Below, in pieces: positions 28,982 to 40,343 of a stretch of 64,000 nucleotides of DNA. Each line of letters opens with the position of its first letter. Positions within the stretch are counted from its first letter, which is position 1. This DNA is from a virus. Location: IMG/VR virus record IMGVR_UViG_3300046170_000505. One strand, written 5' to 3'. The position numbers were made by a program, and so were the translations under genes. Below the pieces are notes generated by a model that searched no databases, was not told the DNA's origin, and worked only from the letters and a program-made list of their open reading frames with translations.

Positions 28982-29914
28982 ATGAACTACTTCAATGGAC
29001 TAATAGGTCAAGACTCTGTCAAGAAAAAACTATCTTTTTACATAAAAGCTTTTGAGAAAACTTCTCAAGCTCCATTTCTCCTTTTATCGGGAGCTAAAGG
29101 TTTAGGTAAAACTGAATTTGCAAAAGCTTTTGCTACCAATCTATCTAACACAGAAGGAGACAAGAGGGCATTCCTAGAATTAAACTGCTCAACTATAAAA
29201 AATAATGAACAATTTTTTGAGCAAATATTCTTACCATTAATTATGGATAATGAAATAACTATTCTTTTCGATGAGTGCCATGCCTTGCCCAAAGATTTAA
29301 CTATGGCTTTTTTGACTATATTTAATACGGAATCAAATTGCAAGAAAAATTTTGAATGGAATGGTGGTAATTTTGAATTTAATTTTAAAAATCAAACTTT
29401 CATTTTTGCCACAACTGAAACTGACAAAATCTTTCCACCACTAAAAGATCGTCTAACCACCATAGATTTCGATTCTTACTCCGAAACTGAGTTAGCTGAA
29501 ATAGTTCAAGCTTGTTTGCCCGAAATCGAATTCCTAGATGGTTGCGCTACTGAAATTTCTACAACCATAAGAGGTAACGCTAGGAGTGCGGTAAAACGCG
29601 CAAAAGAAATTGAATTATATTGCGGAGCTAAAGAGAAAAGCACATTCAATCTTTCTGATTTTAGAGACTTGAGCGAGCAAATAGGTATATTGCCAATGGG
29701 TTTAACTAATACAGAAAAACAAGTCCTAAAAGTCCTTAAAGAAGTTGGGTCAACAACGCTAACAGGTCTTTCTGCAAGATTAGGTTTAAGCAAAACTTGC
29801 CTACAAAGAGATCACGAATTATTTTTGTTAAATAAAAACTTGATTGAAATTGATGGTCAAAGAAAAATTACCATGCAAGGTCGTCAAGTTTATAATCAAA
29901 TATTGAATAATTAA
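28982..29914 (+). CDS. ruvB: Holliday junction branch-migration helicase RuvB-like AAA+ ATPase
   Basis: IGQ; GAKGLGKT; FDECH; FATT; PLKDR; RGNAR; C-terminal winged helix. Confidence 0.88.
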   Translation: MNYFNGLIGQDSVKKKLSFYIKAFEKTSQAPFLLLSGAKGLGKTEFAKAFATNLSNTEGDKRAFLELNCSTIKNNEQFFEQIFLPLIMDNEITILFDECHALPKDLTMAFLTIFNTESNCKKNFEWNGGNFEFNFKNQTFIFATTETDKIFPPLKDRLTTIDFDSYSETELAEIVQACLPEIEFLDGCATEISTTIRGNARSAVKRAKEIELYCGAKEKSTFNLSDFRDLSEQIGILPMGLTNTEKQVLKVLKEVGSTTLTGLSARLGLSKTCLQRDHELFLLNKNLIEIDGQRKITMQGRQVYNQILNN

Positions 29915-29944
29915 ACTTTTAATTTAAAATTAATTTGATACAAG

Positions 29945-30301
29945 ATGAAGAGTTATTTATTTATATCTTTTTGGTTAATTTTAATAATTTCTTTGCCTAT
30001 TGACAATAAAGAAAACATTAAAAATGTTGATATTAGCTTTAAGTCTAATTTGACAAAGCCAAGTCAAGAAAAAAAAACAGAAGTTCAATTAAATCGAGTT
30101 CCCCATCCATTTAGCATCAATGGTTCATTCGGTTTCGTAGTTTGGGTTGATGGGCAAAGGTTAAATTTAAATTCTCTTCAACTTAAAGAATTAACGGACT
30201 TTTTAGAAATAAATTATGAGCGCCCAAAAGACACCCAAGAGATACATGGCGGAGAAGGATGGCTAGTACCCTTGAATGTGGGAACTACTTTTTCTGAATA
30301 A
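29945..30301 (+). CDS. secreted/membrane hypothetical protein
   Basis: N-terminal hydrophobic segment. Confidence 0.55.
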   Translation: MKSYLFISFWLILIISLPIDNKENIKNVDISFKSNLTKPSQEKKTEVQLNRVPHPFSINGSFGFVVWVDGQRLNLNSLQLKELTDFLEINYERPKDTQEIHGGEGWLVPLNVGTTFSE

Positions 30302-30343
30302 AAATCATTGACATAATCTTTTAACATTGCTAATGTTGGTAAC

Positions 30344-31333
30344 ATGACTTACGGACTAACCTGCCAAAGCGAAATGCTTAAAGAAATCGACAAGAAAAAG
30401 TATTCTTTTCAAAAGATGACTAGGAAAAGATTCTTAGACCTTAAAAAAGAAAACGGCAAAACTTTTGCCCTCAAAGAGCTTTCCGAAAGGATTATGCACA
30501 ATCTAAGGGTTATGCAATATCTTGTAAGGCATTGTAGCGAACAAAACATAGGTCATTATAGAGTAAGCTCATCACTCTTCCCTTTAGTTACCGACCCCTC
30601 TTTGAGTATTGAATATTCTGATTTACCAAACCATAAGGAGCTTGACGAACAACTTAATTTTATTGGAGAGATTTCTAGGAAATTTAATATCAGCATGGGT
30701 TCTCATCCCGATCAATTTAATGTGTTAGCATCTTTAAATAGGGATGCAGTAAATAAAAGCATTAACGAATTAAATTTTCAAGCAAGCGTTCTCGATAAGC
30801 TAGGCTTACCTCAAGACCATACTGCACCAATGAATATTCATATTAATTATACCCCAAAGATGGATGAAAGCTTGCAATTAGTTGCTACTAGATTTTTCCG
30901 CAATCTCTCTATATGCAATAAAGGTGTTTACAAACGCTTGACTATTGAAAACGAAGATAAAGGTTTTTTTAATGTAGATAATTGCATCAAATTTAGCGAG
31001 TATTTATTTGAGACATTCGGGGCTAATATCCCTGTTTGCTATGACAACTTACACGATTTCTGCAACCCATCAGAGGATCGCAATGTTTCATTTCAAGCAG
31101 AGCGTTGTGCATATACATGGGTCAATCAAGGAGAGGGGGACGATACTTTTCTAGCTCCTGTTTTTCATTGGAGCGAAGGCAAACCCGAAAAACCTCGCTC
31201 TCATGCTGAATACTATGCCCTCGGTCATCACCCCCCTCATATTGCCATAGACCCCGATAAAGAAGTTAAATGGGAATGCGAGGTAAAAGGTAAAGACAAG
31301 GCTATAAAACTCTTGCGAGAACAACTTTCTTGA
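30344..31333 (+). CDS. uvsE: UV-damage endonuclease
   Basis: YRVSS; HPDQF; NIH; IENED; YDNLH; FHWSE; SHAE; EVKGKD intact. Confidence 0.92.
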   Translation: MTYGLTCQSEMLKEIDKKKYSFQKMTRKRFLDLKKENGKTFALKELSERIMHNLRVMQYLVRHCSEQNIGHYRVSSSLFPLVTDPSLSIEYSDLPNHKELDEQLNFIGEISRKFNISMGSHPDQFNVLASLNRDAVNKSINELNFQASVLDKLGLPQDHTAPMNIHINYTPKMDESLQLVATRFFRNLSICNKGVYKRLTIENEDKGFFNVDNCIKFSEYLFETFGANIPVCYDNLHDFCNPSEDRNVSFQAERCAYTWVNQGEGDDTFLAPVFHWSEGKPEKPRSHAEYYALGHHPPHIAIDPDKEVKWECEVKGKDKAIKLLREQLS

Positions 31334-31818
31334 ACTTAAATAGCGTATACGATAAGGCTGAAAAAAAATTTGCAAGAATTTGTCTTTCAAAAAACTTTAA
31401 AATTATTCACGCCACTAAAAACCAAGATATATACGAGCATTGGGATTGGAAAATAATTAACCCAAATACAAATAAAATATCCTTAGTGGATGTCAAAGGA
31501 GCTAGAAAGAAAAGTCGCTCAGATAATGAATTAGATTACAAAATCACTTGGTTAGAGCTTAGAAATGTGCATGGAAAAAAAGGCTCTTTATTAGGCAAGG
31601 CAGATTATATAGCTTTTGAGCAAAAAAATTATTTTTTAATCTGCAAAAGAACAGATTTAATTTCTTGGTTAAAATTAAAAGTTACAAATAAGACTCTTGT
31701 TGAATATAGCAGGGAAGCTATGTACAGATACTACCAACGCTATGGAAGAAAAGATATAATAACTATGGTTGTAATAAATGACATCAAAAAAGACTTAAAG
31801 CATTGGGAATTTGCTTGA
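31330..31818 (+). CDS. PD-(D/E)XK nuclease-like protein
   Basis: E..F..QD..EHWD..VDVKG; W.E..N..G..G..G.AD. Confidence 0.65.
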   Translation: MNLNSVYDKAEKKFARICLSKNFKIIHATKNQDIYEHWDWKIINPNTNKISLVDVKGARKKSRSDNELDYKITWLELRNVHGKKGSLLGKADYIAFEQKNYFLICKRTDLISWLKLKVTNKTLVEYSREAMYRYYQRYGRKDIITMVVINDIKKDLKHWEFA

Positions 31819-31850
31819 CTATTGATTAATAATTTATCATTATCATTAGC

Positions 31851-32342
31851 ATGATCGACCTTATATATGGAAATTTGCTTGTTTTCCCAAAATCCATTAA
31901 TCGCATTGCTCACTCTTGCAATACTTTAAATATTATGGGGGCAGGAATTGCGAAGCAAATAAAAGATAGATTTCCTTATGCTTGGCAAGCTGATTGTATT
32001 GCTCATAAAAATAATGAAAATCATCTAGGCTCTTATTCTTTTGGTTGGGTGGATTTAGACTCTCAAGCTTGCGAGCAAGGTATTTATAATCTCTATACCC
32101 AAGAAAGTATTGGCGGTGGTAGAGAAGTAAACTATGAGGCTTTTTATAGCTCACTATCTTCCGTTAGAGATGTTTTAGAAAAAGAGTGCTTGCATTCTGG
32201 TGAAGAAATTATTTTAGGCTTACCTTACGGAATATCTTGTGGGTTAGCAGGTGGAAGTTGGAGAATAATTTATGCAATGATTGAAGATATTTTTATTGAC
32301 AGCCCTATTAAAATATATATAGTTGAATATGATGGCAGATAG
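31851..32342 (+). CDS. macro domain protein (ADP-ribose processing)
   Basis: GNL; HSCN...MGAGIAK; NLYTQ; GISCGLAGG.W. Confidence 0.9.
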   Translation: MIDLIYGNLLVFPKSINRIAHSCNTLNIMGAGIAKQIKDRFPYAWQADCIAHKNNENHLGSYSFGWVDLDSQACEQGIYNLYTQESIGGGREVNYEAFYSSLSSVRDVLEKECLHSGEEIILGLPYGISCGLAGGSWRIIYAMIEDIFIDSPIKIYIVEYDGR

Positions 32343-35125
32343 ATTTGATTTAGAAGATGCAATGAGCGCCCTATATGGCATGGGTGACGATATAGATGCC
32401 ATTCTTCACTCTTATATGGATGCCAAAGTTCGCCCAACAGAAGATGAGATGGGTAATATGTTGATTGGCGCAAAAGCCTTACATAATGCTAGGTATCAAA
32501 AAATGTGGGAAGTTTTTGAAGAATTAATTAAAAATGGAACTATTTCAAGTAAAAATACTGAAAATAATGATCTTAATCCCATAACTAAAAGCCTCTATGA
32601 TGACGGCACATTAAAAAACAATAATTCAAATGATTAATACAATAGAAACTTGGAAAGCGCCCAAAGAAGTAGCGTTAGCTATTATTGATTTAGCTTTAGA
32701 ACATATCAAAAAAGTTGAGCTTAACCCCGAAGTTGAAACCGAAGGAGATAACTTTGATTATTGGAATAGCTATGATTTAGGAGATGGCAATTATATAGAT
32801 TATAATATTCATTGTGGAGATGAGTGGTGCGTACTTAAACAAGATGGTTCGGGAGAGTATGAATATACTGACCCTAGCACATGGTCTTGGGATGCTTGCG
32901 CCTATGCAGTTAATCCACCAACTAAAGAAAATAAGTATCATCAAATAGACACAGATAGAGAACATTATTTATTTAATTACAATAAAAAGGGAAATAAAGA
33001 AGTAGTTTTTGAGGCTTAAAAGTGTATATTCTTGTATGGATTCTGACGCTTTAATATACGGCTTTACCTGTTTTTTGTTATTTATTTTTTTGCTTGATAC
33101 TTTTTTAAAATAAAACCTTGACAAGAATAAATTATTCCCCTACTATATGGGAATTATGAGCGGAGAAGGTTTATCAGTAAGTTTTAGAAGAACGCAAAAG
33201 ACTAGCAAGTCTAATCAACAACTCCTTAGAGAGTTTCAAAAGATTATCTATGCTAGTCGAGTGACTACTCACATGAAATGGTATGGCGAAGCTCATAGTG
33301 TTGACATACTAGAGCATGGTGACGACAATCGACCAAAGTTTCAACAAGAATATGTTGCGATTAAAGACACCTTTCAATTTGAAATTAGTGTTTACGATTC
33401 TTGGTATCAAGATGCAGACCTATATGAATCCCATGAGAGAGAAGATAGCTTTGTTTCTTTTGCTAGAAAATTTGCCGAAGATAATAATTTAATGTATTTC
33501 CCCGAAGGTTATCCTGCTGAATGGATAGAGCAAGAAATAATTGATGGAAATAAAAATTGGAATCATTTTAATGTAAAACCCGATGATAAAAACATTGACA
33601 AGATATGCGAAATATACCATGATTATAGTATGGCTAGGCTTAAAGAAGATAAAAACGAATTTTGGTACGAAGCTAGAGATAAAATAAAACAATTAATGAA
33701 TCAAGAAGAAGTTTTAAATTATTAATTTAATACCATGAAAATAGACAATACACCCGAACATAAATACATTTTAATTGACACTAGCGCAAAAGCATCTTAT
33801 GCTTTTATTAGTTCTGCCATATTAACAGAGTATGAGGCTCAAACAAAAAATCGAGCTTTCGCAATGAATCGTGCTAACAAAAAATATGTATTAAATAAAG
33901 ATTGGAAATGAGTTTTATATCCTACATTGCGGTTGATTGGGGTAAACCAAATTCAATTTTACCACAAAGACCAATTTTGATGACTAAGACAGAAGCATTT
34001 AATTTAAACAAACAATTACTTTTAAATAACGAAAAGAAAAGATATGTAAGAGAAGAATTAGGATTAAGCTTAAATAATTCAAATAAAAAACAATATGAGT
34101 AAAAAAGATAGCCACTTAACAATAAGAGAAGATTTACTAGAAGAAGACCCCGACATCGCTGTCCCTATTAGATTTCTTGACTATCAAGAAGATGCTTGGA
34201 TTGGGGATAGTGATACCTTAAACATAGATGAAGAATATTCTCCCGAAAATGGAGAGCAATTAGATGATATGTCGGGTTACAACATGATTATTAAAATTAC
34301 CGATCCAAATCAATTAGATAAATATGGCAATCCTTGGAAAGAAAGATTAGCATTTGCTATTTCAGCAGATTTTGACTGGAACTAATCATAAATTTTCATA
34401 TCATAAAGTATGATTAACTATATTATTTTATTCCTCTTCTTATTTTTTATAAGTTGCAATCAAACTAAGAATATCGAAGCGATTTCTTCTGATTTAAATC
34501 AAAGCCTTTCTGAACCAAGTAACATTCAAAAAGAGATAGATGATTTACTAGCTGAAGATAAGAAGAATAAAATGCTAGAATTAGAATATCTTGAACAAAT
34601 AAGATTGGCGCAAGAAAACAATGATACAGAAGCCTTTGAATTTTTCTTTCAAGAATATGCTGATGTCGAAAGGTTGAAAATTCCCGAAGAACTTAAAAAA
34701 GAACCAAATTATTTTCAAGGCGGTATAAAAGTTAAATATTAACGAGTGACAGAGCAAATCATAGAGCATATTAATTACCAAAAGGGTTATGAAAAGGGCT
34801 ATTCTGACGCTCAAGAAAACCTTGCAAAAAAATTTGAAAAAATTTTAAGTAAAAACGCTAACCAATCATACGATAAAGGTTTCCGAGAAGGAGCAAATCA
34901 AAAAAATAATAAACCATGTGTTTGTGGTTTTTGGGGCGAAGAAAAGAAATAGAAATGATTAATCGTGATAAAACTAGCAAGTAAAATGCTATATCATGTT
35001 GGAGATTTGGTTTCTTGGTTTTTGCGCTTCACTTGTTTTAGTTGGTTGTATCCACTTTATAGAAAAATTATGATATTAAGTTCTGAGCTTGACAAAGATG
35101 GAGAAGTATGGGAGAATGCAAATAA

Positions 35126-35425
35126 ATGATTAATTGGATTAAAGTTGAAGAAAAAACTCCCGAAGAGGGAAAGAGATTGCTTTACTTCTTTGAAGGCACA
35201 GGAGTATGGACAGGTTTTTATTATGGTAGGGATGAAGGCTATCCTAGTTCAAATAACCATGTATTTGGTTGCGAAGCAGGATTCTTAACAGGAGATGTTA
35301 CTCATTATTGCTATATTGATTACCCCGAAGGTGAAGATGCAGAGTGGAGAGTTGACGCAGATAGAGAATTTTCTGAAGAAACCAAACTTCAAATAAATAA
35401 AATGAAAGAACCTATTGATTGGTAA
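35126..35425 (+). CDS. DUF551-like phage protein
   Basis: WIKVEEKTPE....VTHY. Confidence 0.55.
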   Translation: MINWIKVEEKTPEEGKRLLYFFEGTGVWTGFYYGRDEGYPSSNNHVFGCEAGFLTGDVTHYCYIDYPEGEDAEWRVDADREFSEETKLQINKMKEPIDW

Positions 35426-37701
35426 ATAATGAAAACATTACATAATACTAAAAACTGCAAATACAGAAAATTCTTGCATAGAAAACTAAAGCACGGCAAA
35501 ATAAGTGGCAAGTTTTATAAGTTTATTTGCAGAAATTTTCCTTATCGAGTTACTGCAAGAGAAGTGACGATATGTGTCAGAAAGGTTCTTGATGGTGAAA
35601 TGACTGAAAATAAAGCTATCTTCACTTTACAAGGAGCAGAAAGCGAACTAAAGTATCAACAAGAGTTATACAAGTCAAATGTAGAATGCAGAAAGAAAAT
35701 TGAAAAACCTAATAAACGAATAAATATTAACACAAAAGACTCTTTGTACGCTTACAATAAATGAAACTATTAAAGTGGGCTTGGAATAGTGTTTGCGCAA
35801 TTTTTATAATATGTTATTGTATTTATGCTAGTTTTAAAGAGTGCTTATTAGGGGAAGAATAAAATGAAAGAAATTATATTAAAAACTTTAAAAGAAATTG
35901 CTTGCGGTAGCACAGGCTCTTGCCAAATAAACTTACAATCCGAATCTGCCCAAATAACGATAGCTGAAAAACTAGAAATAGCTCTCAGACCTTATGTTTC
36001 TGAATTGATAGAGGAGATTATTTGCCCATCAGATGTGCCAACTAATGACTTATGATGAGCATTATAAAAATATAAGAAAAGCTTCTAGTCTTGTTTCTAA
36101 AGCTATATCTGAATGCGATCTCAGTTTAAAAGAATTAAAACTTTTGCACTCTAAACTCGGTTTCCTAATTAAAAATTTAAATTATTGGAGTGCGTATGGA
36201 AATAAATTTAGATACCACTATGATCTAAAGCATTTCGTCCTTTGGGTATTAAAAACCTTTAGTAAGGAAGGTAATTAAATACGAAACCTAAGCCTGTGCT
36301 TGCCATTGTAACAATAGTGGTAAGCATAAACTTTATTATATTAAAACAATCTTTTTCTGTAAGCATGATGTAAATAACGATGCTTGACTAGATATGGATC
36401 ATTTTTTTTATTGACATTGCTATTATATTATTTTAACCTCTTTTACATCAGATGATTTGTTTAAATTCACAAGGACTACCACTAATCGAGGAACTAAAAG
36501 ATTTAAGAGCTATAACCTTAGAAGATATGGAAAAAGAAAAAGATATAATAGAAAAAACAGGAGATGAAAAGGAAGCATTAATTGAGGAAATAGTAGAGTA
36601 TAATATTAACAACGGAACAAGCGTTATATTTCTCGAACCTAAAGACATGTATGACCAAGCTATTCACGGATATAGTAGACAAGGCAATGTGATTTATTCG
36701 TACAACGAAATAATTCAATCTCTCATTGATAATAACAATACATATGAAGAAGCAATCGAATGGGTTGATTTCAATACTTTTGGAACTTTTGACCACATGA
36801 GCAATGTGGATTGGATAAAAGATAACCCCAACACTAATCCCCCTATTTTTATGTACGAAGAATGAATACCGAAACACTAGAAGAACAAGACGCTGATACC
36901 ATATCAGTCAAAGTTAATTTTAAAGTTGACAAGCATGGGAACAAAATATACAACCTTGATTTAATTATTGAGAATTTCATCGAAGAAACTCAAAACTTAT
37001 TTTGGAAAAATATTAAAAGCGATGAATAATTTAATAGAAAAAGAAATAGTTTGGTCTAAAGGCAAAACTAGGAAAGAAATGTCAAAGCAAACTTTTTGGT
37101 CTAGCTCGAAAGATTGTAGTGGTCTTAGCGGTCTTGAAGTTAGAGCATACGACTTTAATGTTCATGTTGGTTGTACTGCAATCACAAGCCAAGGAAGAAG
37201 TCATAATAAATATTTTCAAATCCCTGTTGACAAGATCGAAGAGTTTTGTAATGCTTTGATGGAAGCTAAAAAATTAATGGAAAGTAAAAGTAATGAAAAA
37301 ATATAGATTATCAGTAACAGAAGAAATTGGTGGATACATTATAGTTGAAGCTAAGAATGTAGATGAAGCAGAAGAAATTGCAGAAGAATTACTTGACGAA
37401 CATGGTTGTCAAGATCTTTTTTACAATCATAATTTAACTAAATATCATGGCGATCAAACTCATGGAGATAGAGGAGTTTTTAGTTGCGAGGAAATAAAAT
37501 GAAAAGATTTGAAATAGAAATAGCAAGCACAACTTATCGCACTTACTTTATTGATTCAGAATCGAAAGATGATGCAGTCAGTAGGGCTTTTGATGAAGTT
37601 GATGCTGATTGGGAAATAAGCAAAGCATGGAAACAAAATGCTGAAGTTAGTTTTGTAGAAGAGCAAGAAAAAGAATCTGAAGAAGATTCAATGGAATTAA
37701 A

Positions 37702-37986
37702 ATGAAAGTTTCAGAATTAGAAGTTAAAGAAAGTTTTGATGGCGAACTATATTTTCGCTTACCCGATGACTTGCTAGATAGACTAGGATGGGAAGTTGGT
37801 GATGACTTGAAGTTCATCCCACAAGATGAAGCATTTATTATTAAAAAAGTAAAATATGAAACGATTGAGCTTGACTTTGATAACGAAGAATTGCTAAAAT
37901 ATATGCAGTTCGCACATGAAAAAAATATTACATTTAATGAGCTTTGCGAACAAGCGATAAAAGAAAAAATAAAAGAAAATGAATAA
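37702..37986 (+). CDS. AbrB/MazE/SpoVT-type DNA-binding protein
   Basis: LYFRLPDDLLDRLGWEVGDDL. Confidence 0.7.
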   Translation: MKVSELEVKESFDGELYFRLPDDLLDRLGWEVGDDLKFIPQDEAFIIKKVKYETIELDFDNEELLKYMQFAHEKNITFNELCEQAIKEKIKENE

Positions 37987-39893
37987 ATGCGAAGAGATAC
38001 AAAAAATAGATAGTTTGTTTGAAGTCGAGAGCGGATTAGATACTCGTCTTTTCGAGTTAGCAGGTTATCCTCTCATAGAAGACCTTGTAGAAAAAATGTT
38101 CCAATTAAAGGAGCAAATGAATAAGAGGCTCAATGATCGAGCAAAACTTTTAGGCATAGGTGGAGAGTTTGGTGTTGTTCCACCCGATACATCTCATTTA
38201 AATAATGATGATTTTGGCGCATTTATCAGAGGAGAGATTAGTGTCGATGGAAAAAAGATTAAGACTCCATTAAAAAACTCTTGACATTAGTAGACACAAC
38301 ATTTATCGTAAAAGCATGAAAAAAATTATAGGAGACGATTACCCAACTTACGAAGATTCAGCAAAACTTACTCTTGCCGAAAGAGAAGTGCATAAAGATA
38401 ACTTGGAAAGGTTACTATTAGAAAACCTTCAACTTAAACATCGCTTGTCTTGCGTTGCCGATGACATAGAAATCATAGATAGGCACATTAAAAAGAATTG
38501 CAATAAAAGATTTAAAAGACCAAGTCTTAATAAGGATGGTAGTGTGTTTGCCGAGGAAGCATGGCACAACATCACTAATATAGAAATTGCTTGCGATTTA
38601 TCTGACGAATCAGTTGATGAATGGGGTTCTGACCTAGCACAAGAATATAGGCAAAAGTTAATGACCCATGAATAATATCGAGCCAACATATTTGCTTAAT
38701 AAACTTGACTCAATCGAAAAAGATTTAAAAATATTAATTGACCATATCGAGCAAAATTGCAACGATGCTTTTGAAAAACCAACCTTATCTCAAGATGGCA
38801 ACATCTATTATGAAAAGGCTTGGCATAATATATACAACATAATGTTTACTTGTCGTTTTGGCATCAAAGATCATGTGGAATTACAGAATAATACATTACA
38901 ATAGCGACAAAGGTATGGGCTTAAAAGACCACTATGGTCTTTATGAAGTTATATATAATGATGAAGGTAAAATATCTGCGCATACAGAAGAACCCGAAGT
39001 GATAGCTGATACTCCCGAAGAATTGATAGAATCTTTGGAGATGATGTTGGATGATGCAAAAAAATGTAAAAATAAAATACTTGACTATAAGACAATAGAG
39101 TTTTATCCTTTGACTAATGACGATAAAGAAGAATCTGTAACCTTAGAAGAATTATTTAATAATGAAGGAGAACCAAAAGAAGAAAACTAAACAACCTAAG
39201 CCAAAAACATCTACTCAAAATGGCAAAGGCGATTCTCCTAGAAATATTTCTGATAAATTTAAAAAAAACTATCAACAAATTAATTGGTCTAAAAAGTGAA
39301 AATAACAATAAATAATTATAATAAAACTTATAGCGCTGAAGTCGATGATGATATGGATGTTGAAAGCATAGCTGACATCTTTAAAGGTTTGCTTGTGAGT
39401 ATGGGATACCACCCATGCAATGTAGATGAATTATTTAATACAGAATATAAGTGGTTTACACAAGCGGAAATAGATAATAACAGGCAAGGTCATTTAAAAA
39501 GAGACATCCAACCCTTTATGAACGCTTTTAAAAAAGGCTATGAAGCTAAAGAGCTTCAAGAGCAAATGTACAACCAAGACCTTCAAGAAAAATCATATCA
39601 AGAAAAATTAAATAAAATAAAAGATAATGAGTAAAAAGAGAGAGTATTGTGTTGGGATTAAAATAATCAACTGCTTTTATGTCGAGGCTGAAAATCGAGA
39701 CGAAGCAGAGCAAATAGTCAGAGAGTATGATCCATACAAAACTCTTGACGATTGTGATTTTAACATCGAGTATGCCGATCCTACAAATGGAGAGATAGCA
39801 TGGAAGATAAAAGCAGATGAAGTAGATTGGAATGAACTTCGTGATAAAGATGACGATTGGACTAATCATCTTCACGATCAACAATAAAATATT

Positions 39894-40343
39894 ATGCCAA
39901 ATTGGACTCACAATATAGTAGGCTTTGAAGCCCCAAAAAATAAATTGCAAGAAATAAAAGCAAAGTTATTTAGCGATAACAATGTTTTTAATTTTAATAA
40001 AGTAATACCCATGCCCGAACATTCTGAAAAATTTCACGCTAAAGGGAATCTTGGTGATGAAGAGCGAAAAAAATTCGGGGATAATAATTGGTATCATTGG
40101 TCGGTATATAATTGGGGAACTAAATGGAATTCGGTAAGAGCAGAAGTTTCAGAAGAAAGTGATAATTGTATTAACTACCACTTTGATACGGCATGGGATG
40201 CTCCTAGACCAATCATTCAAGAAATATGCACCAATGGTATGCTAAAAAATTGTTCTGATTTCTATTGGACTTGTTACCATGAAAACGAGGAAGAACCCGA
40301 AGAAATAATTAAGACAATAGCGTGTGCTGATTATGTAACATGA
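39894..40343 (+). CDS. DUF1281/YubB ferredoxin-like phage protein
   Basis: MPNW; FNKVIPMP; WY.W...NWGTKWN; FDTAW. Confidence 0.75.
   Translation: MPNWTHNIVGFEAPKNKLQEIKAKLFSDNNVFNFNKVIPMPEHSEKFHAKGNLGDEERKKFGDNNWYHWSVYNWGTKWNSVRAEVSEESDNCINYHFDTAWDAPRPIIQEICTNGMLKNCSDFYWTCYHENEEEPEEIIKTIACADYVT

Noticed and set aside
1-32000. Window being bacterial chromosome
   Set aside because: Host-like genes are interleaved with phage-type dNMP kinase, orphan ORFs and shared promoter motifs, and are continuous with rIIA/rIIB and an early-gene array; there are no housekeeping operons.
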